From Candidatus Hydrogenedentota bacterium (lineage in GTDB: Bacteria; Hydrogenedentota; Hydrogenedentia; Hydrogenedentales; SLHB01): DNA of 63,233 bases. A program made the position numbers and the translations under genes. The notes under the pieces are model-generated. The model did no database searches. It was not told the DNA's origin and saw only the letters and a program-made list of their open reading frames with translations. The stretch covers positions 1-63,233 of the forward strand of contig BTVY01000044.1 of NCBI GenBank assembly GCA_045863335.1, read 5' to 3'. This document shows positions 9,891-18,806 of this stretch, piece after piece (position 1 is the first letter of the stretch; every line of letters starts with the position of its first letter).

Positions 9891-11186
9891 TCAGATTTCA
9901 ATCTTCCACGGTTCCCGCATGGGCCTAGCTAGCATCGCGTTCGCTTCGTCGTCGTTCTCGAAGCGTTCCTCGCCAGGGTTCCACCGCAACGGCCGGTTGA
10001 GACGCAGGCAGATGTTCCCGATGTGGCAGATGGTCGTCGACCGGTGCGCGATTTCCGGCGGGGCGATGCATTGTTCCCGCGAGCGTACGCAATCCAGGAA
10101 GTTCCGGTGGTGCGGATTCCAGTGGGCGTAATCCTCCTGGGCGAAATCCGCGCCTTCCAGCAACGACGCCGGTTCCGCCTTCACGTTCCCGAAATCGTCC
10201 ACGCTGATCCAGCCTTCGGTCCCCTCGAACTTCACCGCGCGCGGATCGTGATCGTGCATGATGAGCCGCACGCCGTTCGCGTAGGTGCACGTGATGCCGT
10301 GATACACGGACGCGTTGAACAGGCTGCCCTTCTGCGGCCAGACCGCCCAGCCCTCGTAGTCGAGCGGGCCCGTCAGTTCCGAGTCGTTACCCCATTGCGC
10401 GAGGTCGTTGAAGTGCGCGCCGATATCCGTCAACTGGCCGCCGGAATAGTCGTAGATCCACCGGAACGATCCGAAACAGCGCCGCTCCGTGTAGGGCGCA
10501 GAGGGCGCCGGGCCGAGCCACATCTCGTAATCGAACCCTTCCGGCACGGGCTGTTCCGCCGGCGATTCCCAGTCTCGCCCGATGGACAGGTTCGTGTGGA
10601 TGGTGTGGATTTCGCCGAGCTTGCCACTGCGCGCGGTGTCCACCGCAAACCGGAAGCACGGGATGCTCCGCCGTTGCGTGCCGCTTTGGTAGACGACGTT
10701 GTACTTCTTCATCGCCTCCACCACCAGCCGCCCTTCGGCGACCGTCAGCGAGATGGGTTTCTCGCAATAGAGATCCTTGCCCGCCTTCGCTGCTTCGACC
10801 GAGATGAGCGCGTGCCAATGGTCCGGCGTGGCGATGAGCACCGCGTCGATATCGTCCCGCGCGATGACCTCGCGCCAGTCCTGCGACAACGTGCAATCCG
10901 TGTTGCCATAGGTATCGTCCACGTGTTTCTTCGCGCGCTCCATGCGGAACGTGCCCGCGTCGCACAACGTAATGAACTGCACATCGCTGTGGGCCGTGAA
11001 GTTCACGATGTCCAGCGTGCCCATGCCCCCCGTGCCGATGCCCGCCATCACGATGCGCTCGCTCGGCGCCGTCGTATCTCCCAACCCCAACACGCTCGAC
11101 GGCACCACCTGCGGCCCCACCCAAGCCGCCCCCGCGGCCAGGCTACTGCGTTTCATGAACTGCCTGCGTGATACCGTCTGCGTCAT
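9891..11186 (-). CDS. Tat-exported Gfo/Idh/MocA oxidoreductase
   Basis: SRRQFMK twin-arginine signal; GIGTGGMG, ATPDHWH, CEKP, DIGAH; start reassigned to 11186. Confidence 0.9.
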   Translation of the reverse strand: MTQTVSRRQFMKRSSLAAGAAWVGPQVVPSSVLGLGDTTAPSERIVMAGIGTGGMGTLDIVNFTAHSDVQFITLCDAGTFRMERAKKHVDDTYGNTDCTLSQDWREVIARDDIDAVLIATPDHWHALISVEAAKAGKDLYCEKPISLTVAEGRLVVEAMKKYNVVYQSGTQRRSIPCFRFAVDTARSGKLGEIHTIHTNLSIGRDWESPAEQPVPEGFDYEMWLGPAPSAPYTERRCFGSFRWIYDYSGGQLTDIGAHFNDLAQWGNDSELTGPLDYEGWAVWPQKGSLFNASVYHGITCTYANGVRLIMHDHDPRAVKFEGTEGWISVDDFGNVKAEPASLLEGADFAQEDYAHWNPHHRNFLDCVRSREQCIAPPEIAHRSTTICHIGNICLRLNRPLRWNPGEERFENDDEANAMLARPMREPWKIEI

Positions 11187-12145
11187 GATGAGACCCTCCC
11201 GGTATGTTTCAGGAAGAACTGTACGGCATGTTCCGGATACTTTTCGAATTCGGCGGCGTACTCCGAAGAACTCGAACCATGCGGGGTTTCCGGCCAAGCG
11301 GTCTCGACAGCGAACCCCGATTCCTGCAGGCTCTCGGCGAATGCTTGCGCGATACTGAACCGTGTATCCAGCGTGCCGCACATGACAAGAAATGGAACGG
11401 CGTTCGCCCCTTCGGCCGCGGGGAGTCCCGCGACGTCGGCTGTCCGGGCGTCGAACAGGTCGCGCAACCGTTCCGGGATCTTCGTCGCGTTCTCGGAATT
11501 GGAGAGAAAGGCTTTCGGGTCCCTTACCTCGCCGTATTCCTCGATCAACAGCCGTCCGTCCGGCGTGGTCCACGTTCCCGCCGCGAAGGGCGCGCAGGCC
11601 AGCACCATATCGGGATTGGCCAAGGCGAATCGATGGGCAAACTGTCCGCCCATGGAATACCCGTTCAACAGGATTTTCTCGTGCAGTTTGTACGCGGTCC
11701 GAACGTCCGCCAGCACCGCCTTGAGAAACGCATCTTCACCCAGCGCGGGAAAGCGGCTCACCTGCTTGTCGTCAGTGATGAACTCCGGCAGGATCAGCAG
11801 CGCGGGCAGCCCCGCGTCATCGGCGAGGCGCCGCATCGCAATCGCTTTGGGATTCTCCCGCGCGTTGCCGCCGCCCCCATGCACGACGACCAATGGCCAA
11901 TATTTCGTCTCCTGATCGAAATCTCTCGGCAAGGAAACGTAGTAGGTCCGCTCGGCGCCATTGAATTCGATGGTGCGCGTCAGCGGAGCGAACTCCTGTG
12001 GCTGCGTGACAGGCCCGAGGAAGAACGCGATGAGAATGTTGCATAGTCCGATGATGACAACTGCGCCCACACCCTGCGGAACAGCGCGTCCCGATTGCGA
12101 GAATCTCGATGGCGTGCGTCGCAAGCGATCGATGTGCCAGATCAT
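11183..12145 (-). CDS. Alpha/beta hydrolase (esterase/PHB-depolymerase-like)
   Basis: VVVHGGGG, GYSMGG nucleophile elbow, GTLD, TPH; exact start uncertain. Confidence 0.75.
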   Translation of the reverse strand: MIWHIDRLRRTPSRFSQSGRAVPQGVGAVVIIGLCNILIAFFLGPVTQPQEFAPLTRTIEFNGAERTYYVSLPRDFDQETKYWPLVVVHGGGGNARENPKAIAMRRLADDAGLPALLILPEFITDDKQVSRFPALGEDAFLKAVLADVRTAYKLHEKILLNGYSMGGQFAHRFALANPDMVLACAPFAAGTWTTPDGRLLIEEYGEVRDPKAFLSNSENATKIPERLRDLFDARTADVAGLPAAEGANAVPFLVMCGTLDTRFSIAQAFAESLQESGFAVETAWPETPHGSSSSEYAAEFEKYPEHAVQFFLKHTGRVSS

Positions 12146-12181
12146 TGATGCGTCATTTCAGCGGCTCGAGAGTTGGTCTCG

Positions 12182-12406
12182 TCAAACTCGCACGGCTTGA
12201 TAGATGACGGGCTGATACTTCGGCGGCGGAACGGGCTTCCCCTCCGCGCGAGCCGTCTGCAGCCAAAGCGCTTTGGCCATCTGGACTTCCTCCAACGCCT
12301 TCTCTGGCGTCGGTCCAAAGGCCGAACACGCCTCCAAATCCGGTATATCGGCGATGTACCCGTCGTCTTCATCCGAGTAGAAGATGTTGATGTGGTAGTC
12401 CTTCAT
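12182..12406 (-). CDS. hicB: HicB-family antitoxin (short form)
   Basis: MKDYHINIFYSDEDDGYIADIPDLEACSAFGPTPEKALEE, typical HicB partial RNase H fold. Confidence 0.85.
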   Translation of the reverse strand: MKDYHINIFYSDEDDGYIADIPDLEACSAFGPTPEKALEEVQMAKALWLQTARAEGKPVPPPKYQPVIYQAVRV

Positions 12407-12450
12407 CTGTCTTCCTTGAGTTTCAAGTTGTGTCGCTCGACCCGCTTCAA
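12403..12450 (-). pseudogene. C-terminal remnant of a HicA-family toxin
   Basis: Reads LKRVERHNLKLKEDR* with ATGA overlap onto hicB; in-frame stop just upstream, so the 5' part is missing. Confidence 0.5.
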
Positions 12451-12480
12451 ATGATCTCAATGGGCTGTCGCCGACCGCTG

Positions 12481-12885
12481 TTATCCTTCCGTGATGACCT
12501 CCAAGGAAGTGATACCCACGAAGTCCTTCGCGTTGTGCGTCACCAATGGAACACCATGCCGGACAGCGCAGGCTGCAATCCAAGCGTCATGTAGTGAAAT
12601 CGGCAGGCCATTGCGTCTTCGCTCCGAAGCGATTCGCGCGTACGTCCGAGCTATCTCGTGATCGTAGGGTACCACGATGTAGTTTCGAAGCTTCTCTTCC
12701 ATTTCTGCGTGGCGCCTCTGTCCCCAATTCGCGGTCTCTGCCCAGAGAAAAATCTCTCCGACACTGATAAAGGACAGAAAGAGAAACTTCCCGCTGAAAT
12801 GGCGCAAGTACGGAAGTGCGAAATCGCTGTTCTTGAGCAGATACGAAATAATGTTCGTATCCAACATCACTTTTTGGGAATCCAT
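12481..12885 (-). CDS. vapC: PIN-domain toxin (VapC-like)
   Basis: MLDTNIIS, SVGE, DAWIAACA, LVTHNAKDF. Confidence 0.9.
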   Translation of the reverse strand: MDSQKVMLDTNIISYLLKNSDFALPYLRHFSGKFLFLSFISVGEIFLWAETANWGQRRHAEMEEKLRNYIVVPYDHEIARTYARIASERRRNGLPISLHDAWIAACAVRHGVPLVTHNAKDFVGITSLEVITEG

Positions 12886-12890
12886 TTACA

Positions 12891-13871
12891 TCAATCCCCC
12901 ACGACCCCCGAGTGACGGATTCGGAGTATCTCTTCCTCGAAACCGTCGTCCGAATCCCCTGGCCAGCCACCGAGCAGCGTGTTAACATCAGTCACTGGCT
13001 TCACGTCTTGCGCTTGCAACAATTCGTCAAGGGTGGGTGAGTCCCAGAAACTCAGTGAGAGTGGTGTGCCCTGCGGCAAGAGTTCGGTGGCTTCCCCCTC
13101 GTACTCTTCTAAGCGCTCGATGTCGTGAATCTTGATGCTGGATATTTTCCCTGTCACCGGGTCTTCCTTTGCTTCACCCACGACGCGCACGTAGTGCAGG
13201 ATGTCTTCCAACACCTCGTCCTTTTGCTCTTCATCAAATAGACAGAGCACTGGATCGCCGACCGATGGATGCACCCGGCAGCGCGTGCCATGCACTTTGA
13301 AGTCCGCCATGAGCAATCGACCCTCGATGGTCCGGATATTTGTCTGCGGTCCTTTGATGCGTTCCTGAATGCGCGCGAAACCCGTTGACGTGTATGCGGC
13401 TGTTAACGGTCTTTCACGATGATTCAATGTGAACTCAATCCTCTCGATTCCTTGTGAAAAGAGTGTCCCAGCATCGCGCCAAGCCATCAAGACGCCCGTG
13501 TCGAAGCCTGCAGGCATTGACTCACTGGAGTCTTGAGCTGTAGCCAGCCCCGCCATTGCTTTCTCTAGAATCTCGATTCCGAAGTCAACGCCCGGCAGGG
13601 ATGCCCCAATCTGTCGTCGCTCGAAACCCAACACGGCGGATGGGCTTCCATGTGTTAAAAGCACAAGGTCGAGAGCTACTTCTTCCTTGATGCTCCGGGG
13701 TTGCGGTCCCCGTCGAACACTGTCGGTTTCCCCTGTAAGTACTCGCCCTGTTCGTTGCAGGGCTTTTCCGAGATTCTCCAGAAAACGTAGAAGGTGTGCT
13801 ACGGGTATTCTCCCGGGCCCAACCGCTTTACCTTCGAAGCGAACCGTCAGTAGAGGGTCTTTCTCATTCAT
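12891..13871 (-). CDS. Hypothetical protein in antitoxin position, with antitoxin-like acidic C-terminal tail
   Basis: GGAGG RBS; ends 5 nt before the PIN gene; tail FWDSPTLDELLQAQDVKPV..LLGGWPGDSDDGFEEEILRIR. Confidence 0.7.
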   Translation of the reverse strand: MNEKDPLLTVRFEGKAVGPGRIPVAHLLRFLENLGKALQRTGRVLTGETDSVRRGPQPRSIKEEVALDLVLLTHGSPSAVLGFERRQIGASLPGVDFGIEILEKAMAGLATAQDSSESMPAGFDTGVLMAWRDAGTLFSQGIERIEFTLNHRERPLTAAYTSTGFARIQERIKGPQTNIRTIEGRLLMADFKVHGTRCRVHPSVGDPVLCLFDEEQKDEVLEDILHYVRVVGEAKEDPVTGKISSIKIHDIERLEEYEGEATELLPQGTPLSLSFWDSPTLDELLQAQDVKPVTDVNTLLGGWPGDSDDGFEEEILRIRHSGVVGD

Positions 13872-13987
13872 GATCACGCCTCCGAATCGTCATTCCGAAA
13901 GCCGAGACGGCACAGTTTACGCAATAATAGTATACTTTTGCCCCGTCACCGGTCATTTGTGCTGCTCGCAATCCCGACCCGAAGTTC

Positions 13988-15178
13988 TTATATCCTTTCC
14001 AACGCCACCTCCACAAACCGCACTTGCCTGCGGTTGCGGTCGTAGACGAAGATGAGGGTGCCGTCGAGGACGATGCCGTTGGGGTAGGCGAGCCAGCCGC
14101 CGTGGAGGAGATCGGCTTTAATGGACCAGGTGGCGAGTTCGTCGTCGCTGATCCAGAGGGAGAGCGGGTCGCGTTGAATCATCTTGCCGCGTTCGCCGCA
14201 GGCGTTGTGGAGGAGGGCGATGCGGGAGTCGTCGAGGCGGAGCAGTTGGATGGACGAGGTCGGGTTGGGGATGTCCGTCTCCCAGGCGTCCGTCCAGGTG
14301 CGGCCGTTGTCGCTGCTTTCCGCGCGCCAGAGATAGCCCGCGTTTTCCGCCCGCATGAGCATGACGATGCGGCCGTCCTTGAGTTGCACGCAGGTGGGTT
14401 CGAGGAGACCCAGCGGACGGTTCGCGATGCGCCCGTACTCGGTCAGCCCAGTGCCATCTTCGTTGGGCGTGATGTAGACGCTCGTCCCGTGTAAGAAGCG
14501 CAGGAACTTGCTGGGCATGCCGGGGTCGCCGTTCGCGGGCGGCACGGCGAGGGCTTCGGCTTCGGTTTTCGCGTTGAGCAGATCCCACACTGAGCCCGTC
14601 AACGGGGTCTCCCGCTGGTCAAAGAACGAGCCCGCGAAGACGTACTCGCCGTTTGCGAGTTGGATGGGTCCGCCGACGGCGGCGTGGGTGTCGTGGACGA
14701 CGAAAGGGTCCGGCGGTCCCCAGGTGTGCCCGTTATCCGTGGAGACTCTGCGCGTGTAGAACCACTGCGTATATTCCTTCTCCGCGGGCCATTGGGCGGC
14801 GAAGGCAATGAGGCGCCCGTCGCTCGTCGGCCAGATGGCGGTGCAGGCCCCGGCCATCTCCCCCGCGGCGATGAAGATCTCCGGTTCACTCCACGTCTTG
14901 CCCCGGTCCGTCGACCGCGCCATCAGCACGTTGTTGTCTGTGGACGGTTCCGAATCGCCGCCCGACAGCCACCAACAGAGCAGATCGCCGTTCGGCGCTT
15001 CCCGCACCGACGCCCCGCAAGCAAGCCGGTACAGCACACCCTCGTGCTCCCAGCCGGCTTCTCCGTCGAAGATCACAATCTCGCGAACGGACGGATGGTC
15101 TACCGCGTTTGGGCTAGCGGCCAAACCGGCCATGCAGATGCCCAAACCGAAAAGAGTCCTCGACAAATTCAGAATCAT
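13988..15178 (-). CDS. Sialidase-family/BNR (Asp-box) beta-propeller protein
   Basis: Asp-boxes STDRGKTW, STDNGHTW, SSDNGRTW, SDDELATW; LEP, MR and AYP motifs; signal peptide. Confidence 0.85.
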   Translation of the reverse strand: MILNLSRTLFGLGICMAGLAASPNAVDHPSVREIVIFDGEAGWEHEGVLYRLACGASVREAPNGDLLCWWLSGGDSEPSTDNNVLMARSTDRGKTWSEPEIFIAAGEMAGACTAIWPTSDGRLIAFAAQWPAEKEYTQWFYTRRVSTDNGHTWGPPDPFVVHDTHAAVGGPIQLANGEYVFAGSFFDQRETPLTGSVWDLLNAKTEAEALAVPPANGDPGMPSKFLRFLHGTSVYITPNEDGTGLTEYGRIANRPLGLLEPTCVQLKDGRIVMLMRAENAGYLWRAESSDNGRTWTDAWETDIPNPTSSIQLLRLDDSRIALLHNACGERGKMIQRDPLSLWISDDELATWSIKADLLHGGWLAYPNGIVLDGTLIFVYDRNRRQVRFVEVALERI

Positions 15179-15335
15179 ATTCGCTCCTAAAGGGATAGCC
15201 AAGGCAAAGCTCCGTCATTGTAGCAAGGGATATTCCGTGCCACGAATCCAAAGCAGTGACGAAACCTGGTCAGATAACGGCGCTGTCCCACTTTGGAGCG
15301 CGCGTGGCAGTTTCAGCGTAGTCCCGTATAATTTC

Positions 15336-15364
15336 TTGACAGGTTCCCTGCGCATGTCTAGAAT
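15336..15364 (+). promoter_or_regulatory. Sigma70-type promoter
   Basis: TTGACA-17 nt-TAGAAT; a second TATAAT follows at ~15371. Confidence 0.65.
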
Positions 15365-15432
15365 TTGAGGTATAATGATTGGGCAAGAGTACTTGCGACA
15401 GGGCTGCGCCCTGCGGCATGGAGCGAATCGGG

Positions 15433-15600
15433 ATGCCAGGGTTTACCTATCTCGCCGTCATGCTGGGTGTTATCGCAGTGATCGCCGTCGTGGTGATCCC
15501 GTCTCTCTTGCGCAAGAAATGTCCAAGTTGCGGCACGAGGAACTCACTTGACGCAAGGGTCTGCTCCAGTTGTGGTGGCCCATTCCCGGGGGAGGGATAA
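15433..15600 (+). CDS. Small membrane-anchored zinc-ribbon protein
   Basis: TM helix followed by CPSCG..CSSCG. Confidence 0.65.
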   Translation: MPGFTYLAVMLGVIAVIAVVVIPSLLRKKCPSCGTRNSLDARVCSSCGGPFPGEG

Positions 15601-15687
15601 CCTGGGATCTTCCACGGCAGAGGGTAGAGCAGAGTCGGGTGTCTTTGGGGGCGTGCGAACGCCCGAAAACCATATGAGGTGGAAATC

Positions 15688-17262
15688 GTGGCTACGATGA
15701 TTAACTGTCCGTACTGCGGAAAGCTGACGGATCCCCAACTCGACAGTTGCGTGCACTGCGGGGGATTCCTGAAGAAGCAGGGCGGCGGACCCCAGCGGAA
15801 AACCTCGGGGGCCAGCCAGACTTGCCCCTCCTGCGGCGCCTTGGTGCGCGACGGCGACATTATCTGCGTGGCCTGCGGCACCAACCTCCTGACGGGACAG
15901 AAGATCGCCGAAGAGCGCAAGAAGGCGGTGGCCGCCGAACCGCGAAGTCCGGCCACGATGATCATCGCGGTTATCGCGGCCGTGATCATCGTCATCCTCG
16001 GCATTGTTGCGATCGTTCTGCTGACGCGCGATCCTGTGGCGCGGGCTCAGAAACTCGACGCAGCCGGCCGGAGCACAGAAGCGATTAGCCTCCTGGAAGT
16101 TCACGTTTCCAAAAACCCGGACGATGCCCGGGCGCAGTTTGCCTTGGGGCGTTTGTTCTACGGGATGGGCAACTACCAGCCTGCGGCGCAGGCCTTTGAA
16201 GCCGCGCTCGATGCGGACCCGGCCAATCGCCAGTCGGGCCTGTTCGCCGTAATGAGCTATGGCGAACTGGGGGGCGACGCGAGCCGTGGCGAACAGATCC
16301 AAGTGCTGGAAGCCATGGTGGAACATGACCCCACGGACGCAGAAGCCCTGCATCTGTTGGGCTTGGCGCGCGGCACCCAGGGAGACTATTTGGGGCAAGT
16401 GGACGCCTTGCGGCGGTCCCTTGAGTATGCGCCCACCGATACCGAAGTGGCGGCAGACCTTGGCGTGGGTCTGGCTCTGGACAAGCAGTATCCCGACGCG
16501 GAACAACAGTTGAAGTCGGCCTTGTCGGCAAATCCGGAAGGCGGGGATATTCTCGCTGCGTTGGGTCATCTCTCCGGGCTTCGCGGTAACGACTCGGAAG
16601 CCGCCGAGCAGCTTCGCACGGCCATCCAGCAGGGGACCGCGTTGGAGAACGAGTCATTGACGAGGTTAGGCCTGTTGGCGATGAAGGAAGGCAAGACGCC
16701 CGAGGCGCGTGTGTTTTTCAGCCAGGCGCGGGAAAACGGCGCCGACGATCCGGTGACCGTTTATTTTCACGCGATCTGTCTCGCGGAGCAGGGGTTGACT
16801 CCGGGCGCCAGCGAGGCCTTCGACGAATTGTCGCGTACCTCGAGCCCGTTTGCGACCAAGGCCGCGATCCAGTTGGCGCGCATTCGCCTCGAGAATCAGG
16901 AGCCGGATCGTGCGTTGGAAGCGCTGAACCGGGTGTCGGTGAATCTTGAGGGCACGGCCTGCGCCGAATTCCAGACCGTGCGTGGGCGGGTGCATGTTGC
17001 GCTTGGCGATACGGATACCGCGATGGACGCATTCCGCGCCGCGGGCAAGTGCGATCCAAATTACCCGCCGGTGCATCTGGAGAACGGGCTGCTGCAGGTT
17101 CAGCGCGGGAACATATCTGAAGGCGTGCGCGAGTTGCAGCGCTATCTCGATCTTGTTGATCCGGAAGATCCTGGCGTTGGCGCTTCCGCCGTTCAAGGGC
17201 TTATCGAGCAATTGAAGCAGTCCGGACAGTCCGAGGTGCCACCAACGAGCGCTTCCGTATAG
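15688..17262 (+). CDS. Double zinc-ribbon + TM + TPR protein
   Basis: CPYC/CVHC/CPSC/CVAC, one TM helix, then about 10 TPR-like repeats. Confidence 0.85.
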   Translation: MATMINCPYCGKLTDPQLDSCVHCGGFLKKQGGGPQRKTSGASQTCPSCGALVRDGDIICVACGTNLLTGQKIAEERKKAVAAEPRSPATMIIAVIAAVIIVILGIVAIVLLTRDPVARAQKLDAAGRSTEAISLLEVHVSKNPDDARAQFALGRLFYGMGNYQPAAQAFEAALDADPANRQSGLFAVMSYGELGGDASRGEQIQVLEAMVEHDPTDAEALHLLGLARGTQGDYLGQVDALRRSLEYAPTDTEVAADLGVGLALDKQYPDAEQQLKSALSANPEGGDILAALGHLSGLRGNDSEAAEQLRTAIQQGTALENESLTRLGLLAMKEGKTPEARVFFSQARENGADDPVTVYFHAICLAEQGLTPGASEAFDELSRTSSPFATKAAIQLARIRLENQEPDRALEALNRVSVNLEGTACAEFQTVRGRVHVALGDTDTAMDAFRAAGKCDPNYPPVHLENGLLQVQRGNISEGVRELQRYLDLVDPEDPGVGASAVQGLIEQLKQSGQSEVPPTSASV

Positions 17263-17285
17263 ACGCATATGCAGGGAGATTTCAC

Positions 17286-18719
17286 ATGAAGTGGTTTCGA
17301 TTCGTACTGCTCGTCGCAGGGCTGACTCTTTGCCTGGCACCGCTCGCAAACGCCTGGGGTCCAAAGGCCAGTGTTGCGATCGTGACCACGGCCTCTCGAC
17401 TCATCTCCAAAGAGACCGGTGTGCCCCTGGCTAATCTCGACAAAGACATTCGCCGCGGGGCCGGCGTTGCGCTTGAGAGCCGGGCGTCACTGGTTCCGGG
17501 CGCGGAGATCAACGCGCTAAACGCGATCGAGTCTCAGATGTACCTTCTCCAGGCGGTGCGGGGTTCGCGGGTGGATCCCTATTTCGCGTACCGGCTCGGC
17601 GTGCTGGGTTCACTGGTGGCAGATGTCACCGCGCCCCTGTACAATGCGAACCCGACGTATCGTGAGCGGTACCACGCGGACGTGGACGCGAACATCGAGC
17701 AAGTTCCCTTTCAGAGTAAGCCGCGCGTGCGGGTGGCGCCGTCGGCCTACTTCGGCGATATCATTGCCGCGGCCCAGGCAAGGGAAGACCTGATTATCGA
17801 AGACTACAAGGCGGGGGTGGGCTTCGCGGGCGTCGCCGGTACGGCCCTTTCCGAAGATGCGAGCCGGTCCGTGAACGCCGTGGCCGACGTGTTTCAGACT
17901 GTGCTTCGTGGGCAAGTTACCGTGGCGAATATCTCGCAAAGCGAGATTCGGGAGTACATCCTCGACGCCATCGAGTTCTACATCTCCCGTGATAACGACG
18001 CAGAAACCGACGCCGCGTACAACAAGCTCATGGATCTTGGTGTGACGACCGTCGACCTGCAAAAGCAGATCGGCGACATGTTCTACGACGCGGAGAAGTT
18101 TGAGCGGGCCATGGTCGAATACAAGGCCGTCCTCGCGGAAGCTCCGTCCCGGCGCGACGTGATCGAACGCATCGCCGACTACTATGTGCGCCGTGGCGAT
18201 GAGGCCCTCGCGGACGAGGAACTTGAGGCGGCCCTGGAAGCGTACAACGACGCGTTGGAAGCCGATATGCTTCACCCTACGGCCCAGTCGAAAAAACTCG
18301 AAGCCGAAGGGATGATTGCGGCGCGAGACGCACGGCAGGAGGAGGCCCGGCAAGCGATCGGTCAAGCCGATGATCTTCTCCGGCAGGCGGATCAACTGGT
18401 ATTCAAGAAGGAAAATACGGAAGCATTGAGACTCCTGCGGCAAGCCCGGGACACCTATAGCGGCGTCTCCGACGAGTTTGCGAACGAGGCGCGATTGGCG
18501 CGCGCCGGGTTGCTGCGCGCCACCGAGCAGATTAACGAACTGCAGCGGAACGTGGTGTCGAACGCCGGAAGCCTGAGCGGGCTTGGCGCCATGAGCGCCG
18601 TTCGTGCAGAAGCGGCTGCCGCGGCGGAAGCGGTAGATGATGCCGCGTTGCGGCATCTGGTGGAAGATCAGTTCCAGGAAGAACTCGAAGAGCTACGAGC
18701 GCTGAACATCGAGCCGTAG
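17286..18719 (+). CDS. Secreted protein: degenerate phospholipase C/P1-nuclease-like domain + TPR/coiled coil
   Basis: Signal peptide ending ANA|WG; LGVLGSLVADVTAPL; TPR-like C-terminal half. Confidence 0.65.
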   Translation: MKWFRFVLLVAGLTLCLAPLANAWGPKASVAIVTTASRLISKETGVPLANLDKDIRRGAGVALESRASLVPGAEINALNAIESQMYLLQAVRGSRVDPYFAYRLGVLGSLVADVTAPLYNANPTYRERYHADVDANIEQVPFQSKPRVRVAPSAYFGDIIAAAQAREDLIIEDYKAGVGFAGVAGTALSEDASRSVNAVADVFQTVLRGQVTVANISQSEIREYILDAIEFYISRDNDAETDAAYNKLMDLGVTTVDLQKQIGDMFYDAEKFERAMVEYKAVLAEAPSRRDVIERIADYYVRRGDEALADEELEAALEAYNDALEADMLHPTAQSKKLEAEGMIAARDARQEEARQAIGQADDLLRQADQLVFKKENTEALRLLRQARDTYSGVSDEFANEARLARAGLLRATEQINELQRNVVSNAGSLSGLGAMSAVRAEAAAAAEAVDDAALRHLVEDQFQEELEELRALNIEP

Positions 18720-18742
18720 CGTCGGAATTGGATTGCGGATTC

Positions 18743-18773
18743 AACGAGGCGGCACCGCGTGCCGCCTCGTTTT
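18743..18773 (+). terminator. Intrinsic terminator
   Basis: AACGAGGCGGCAC-CGC-GTGCCGCCTCGTT followed by TT, 24 nt after the stop. Confidence 0.7.
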
Positions 18774-18806
18774 GCATACTGGGGAACTCGATTGGAGGCT
18801 TTGCTC

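Noticed and set aside
18743-18773. Terminator shares the 9-mer GAGGCGGCA/TGCCGCCTC with the array hairpins
   Set aside because: Arm order is reversed, the flanks are unrelated, and a GC-rich 9-mer match is plausible by chance.
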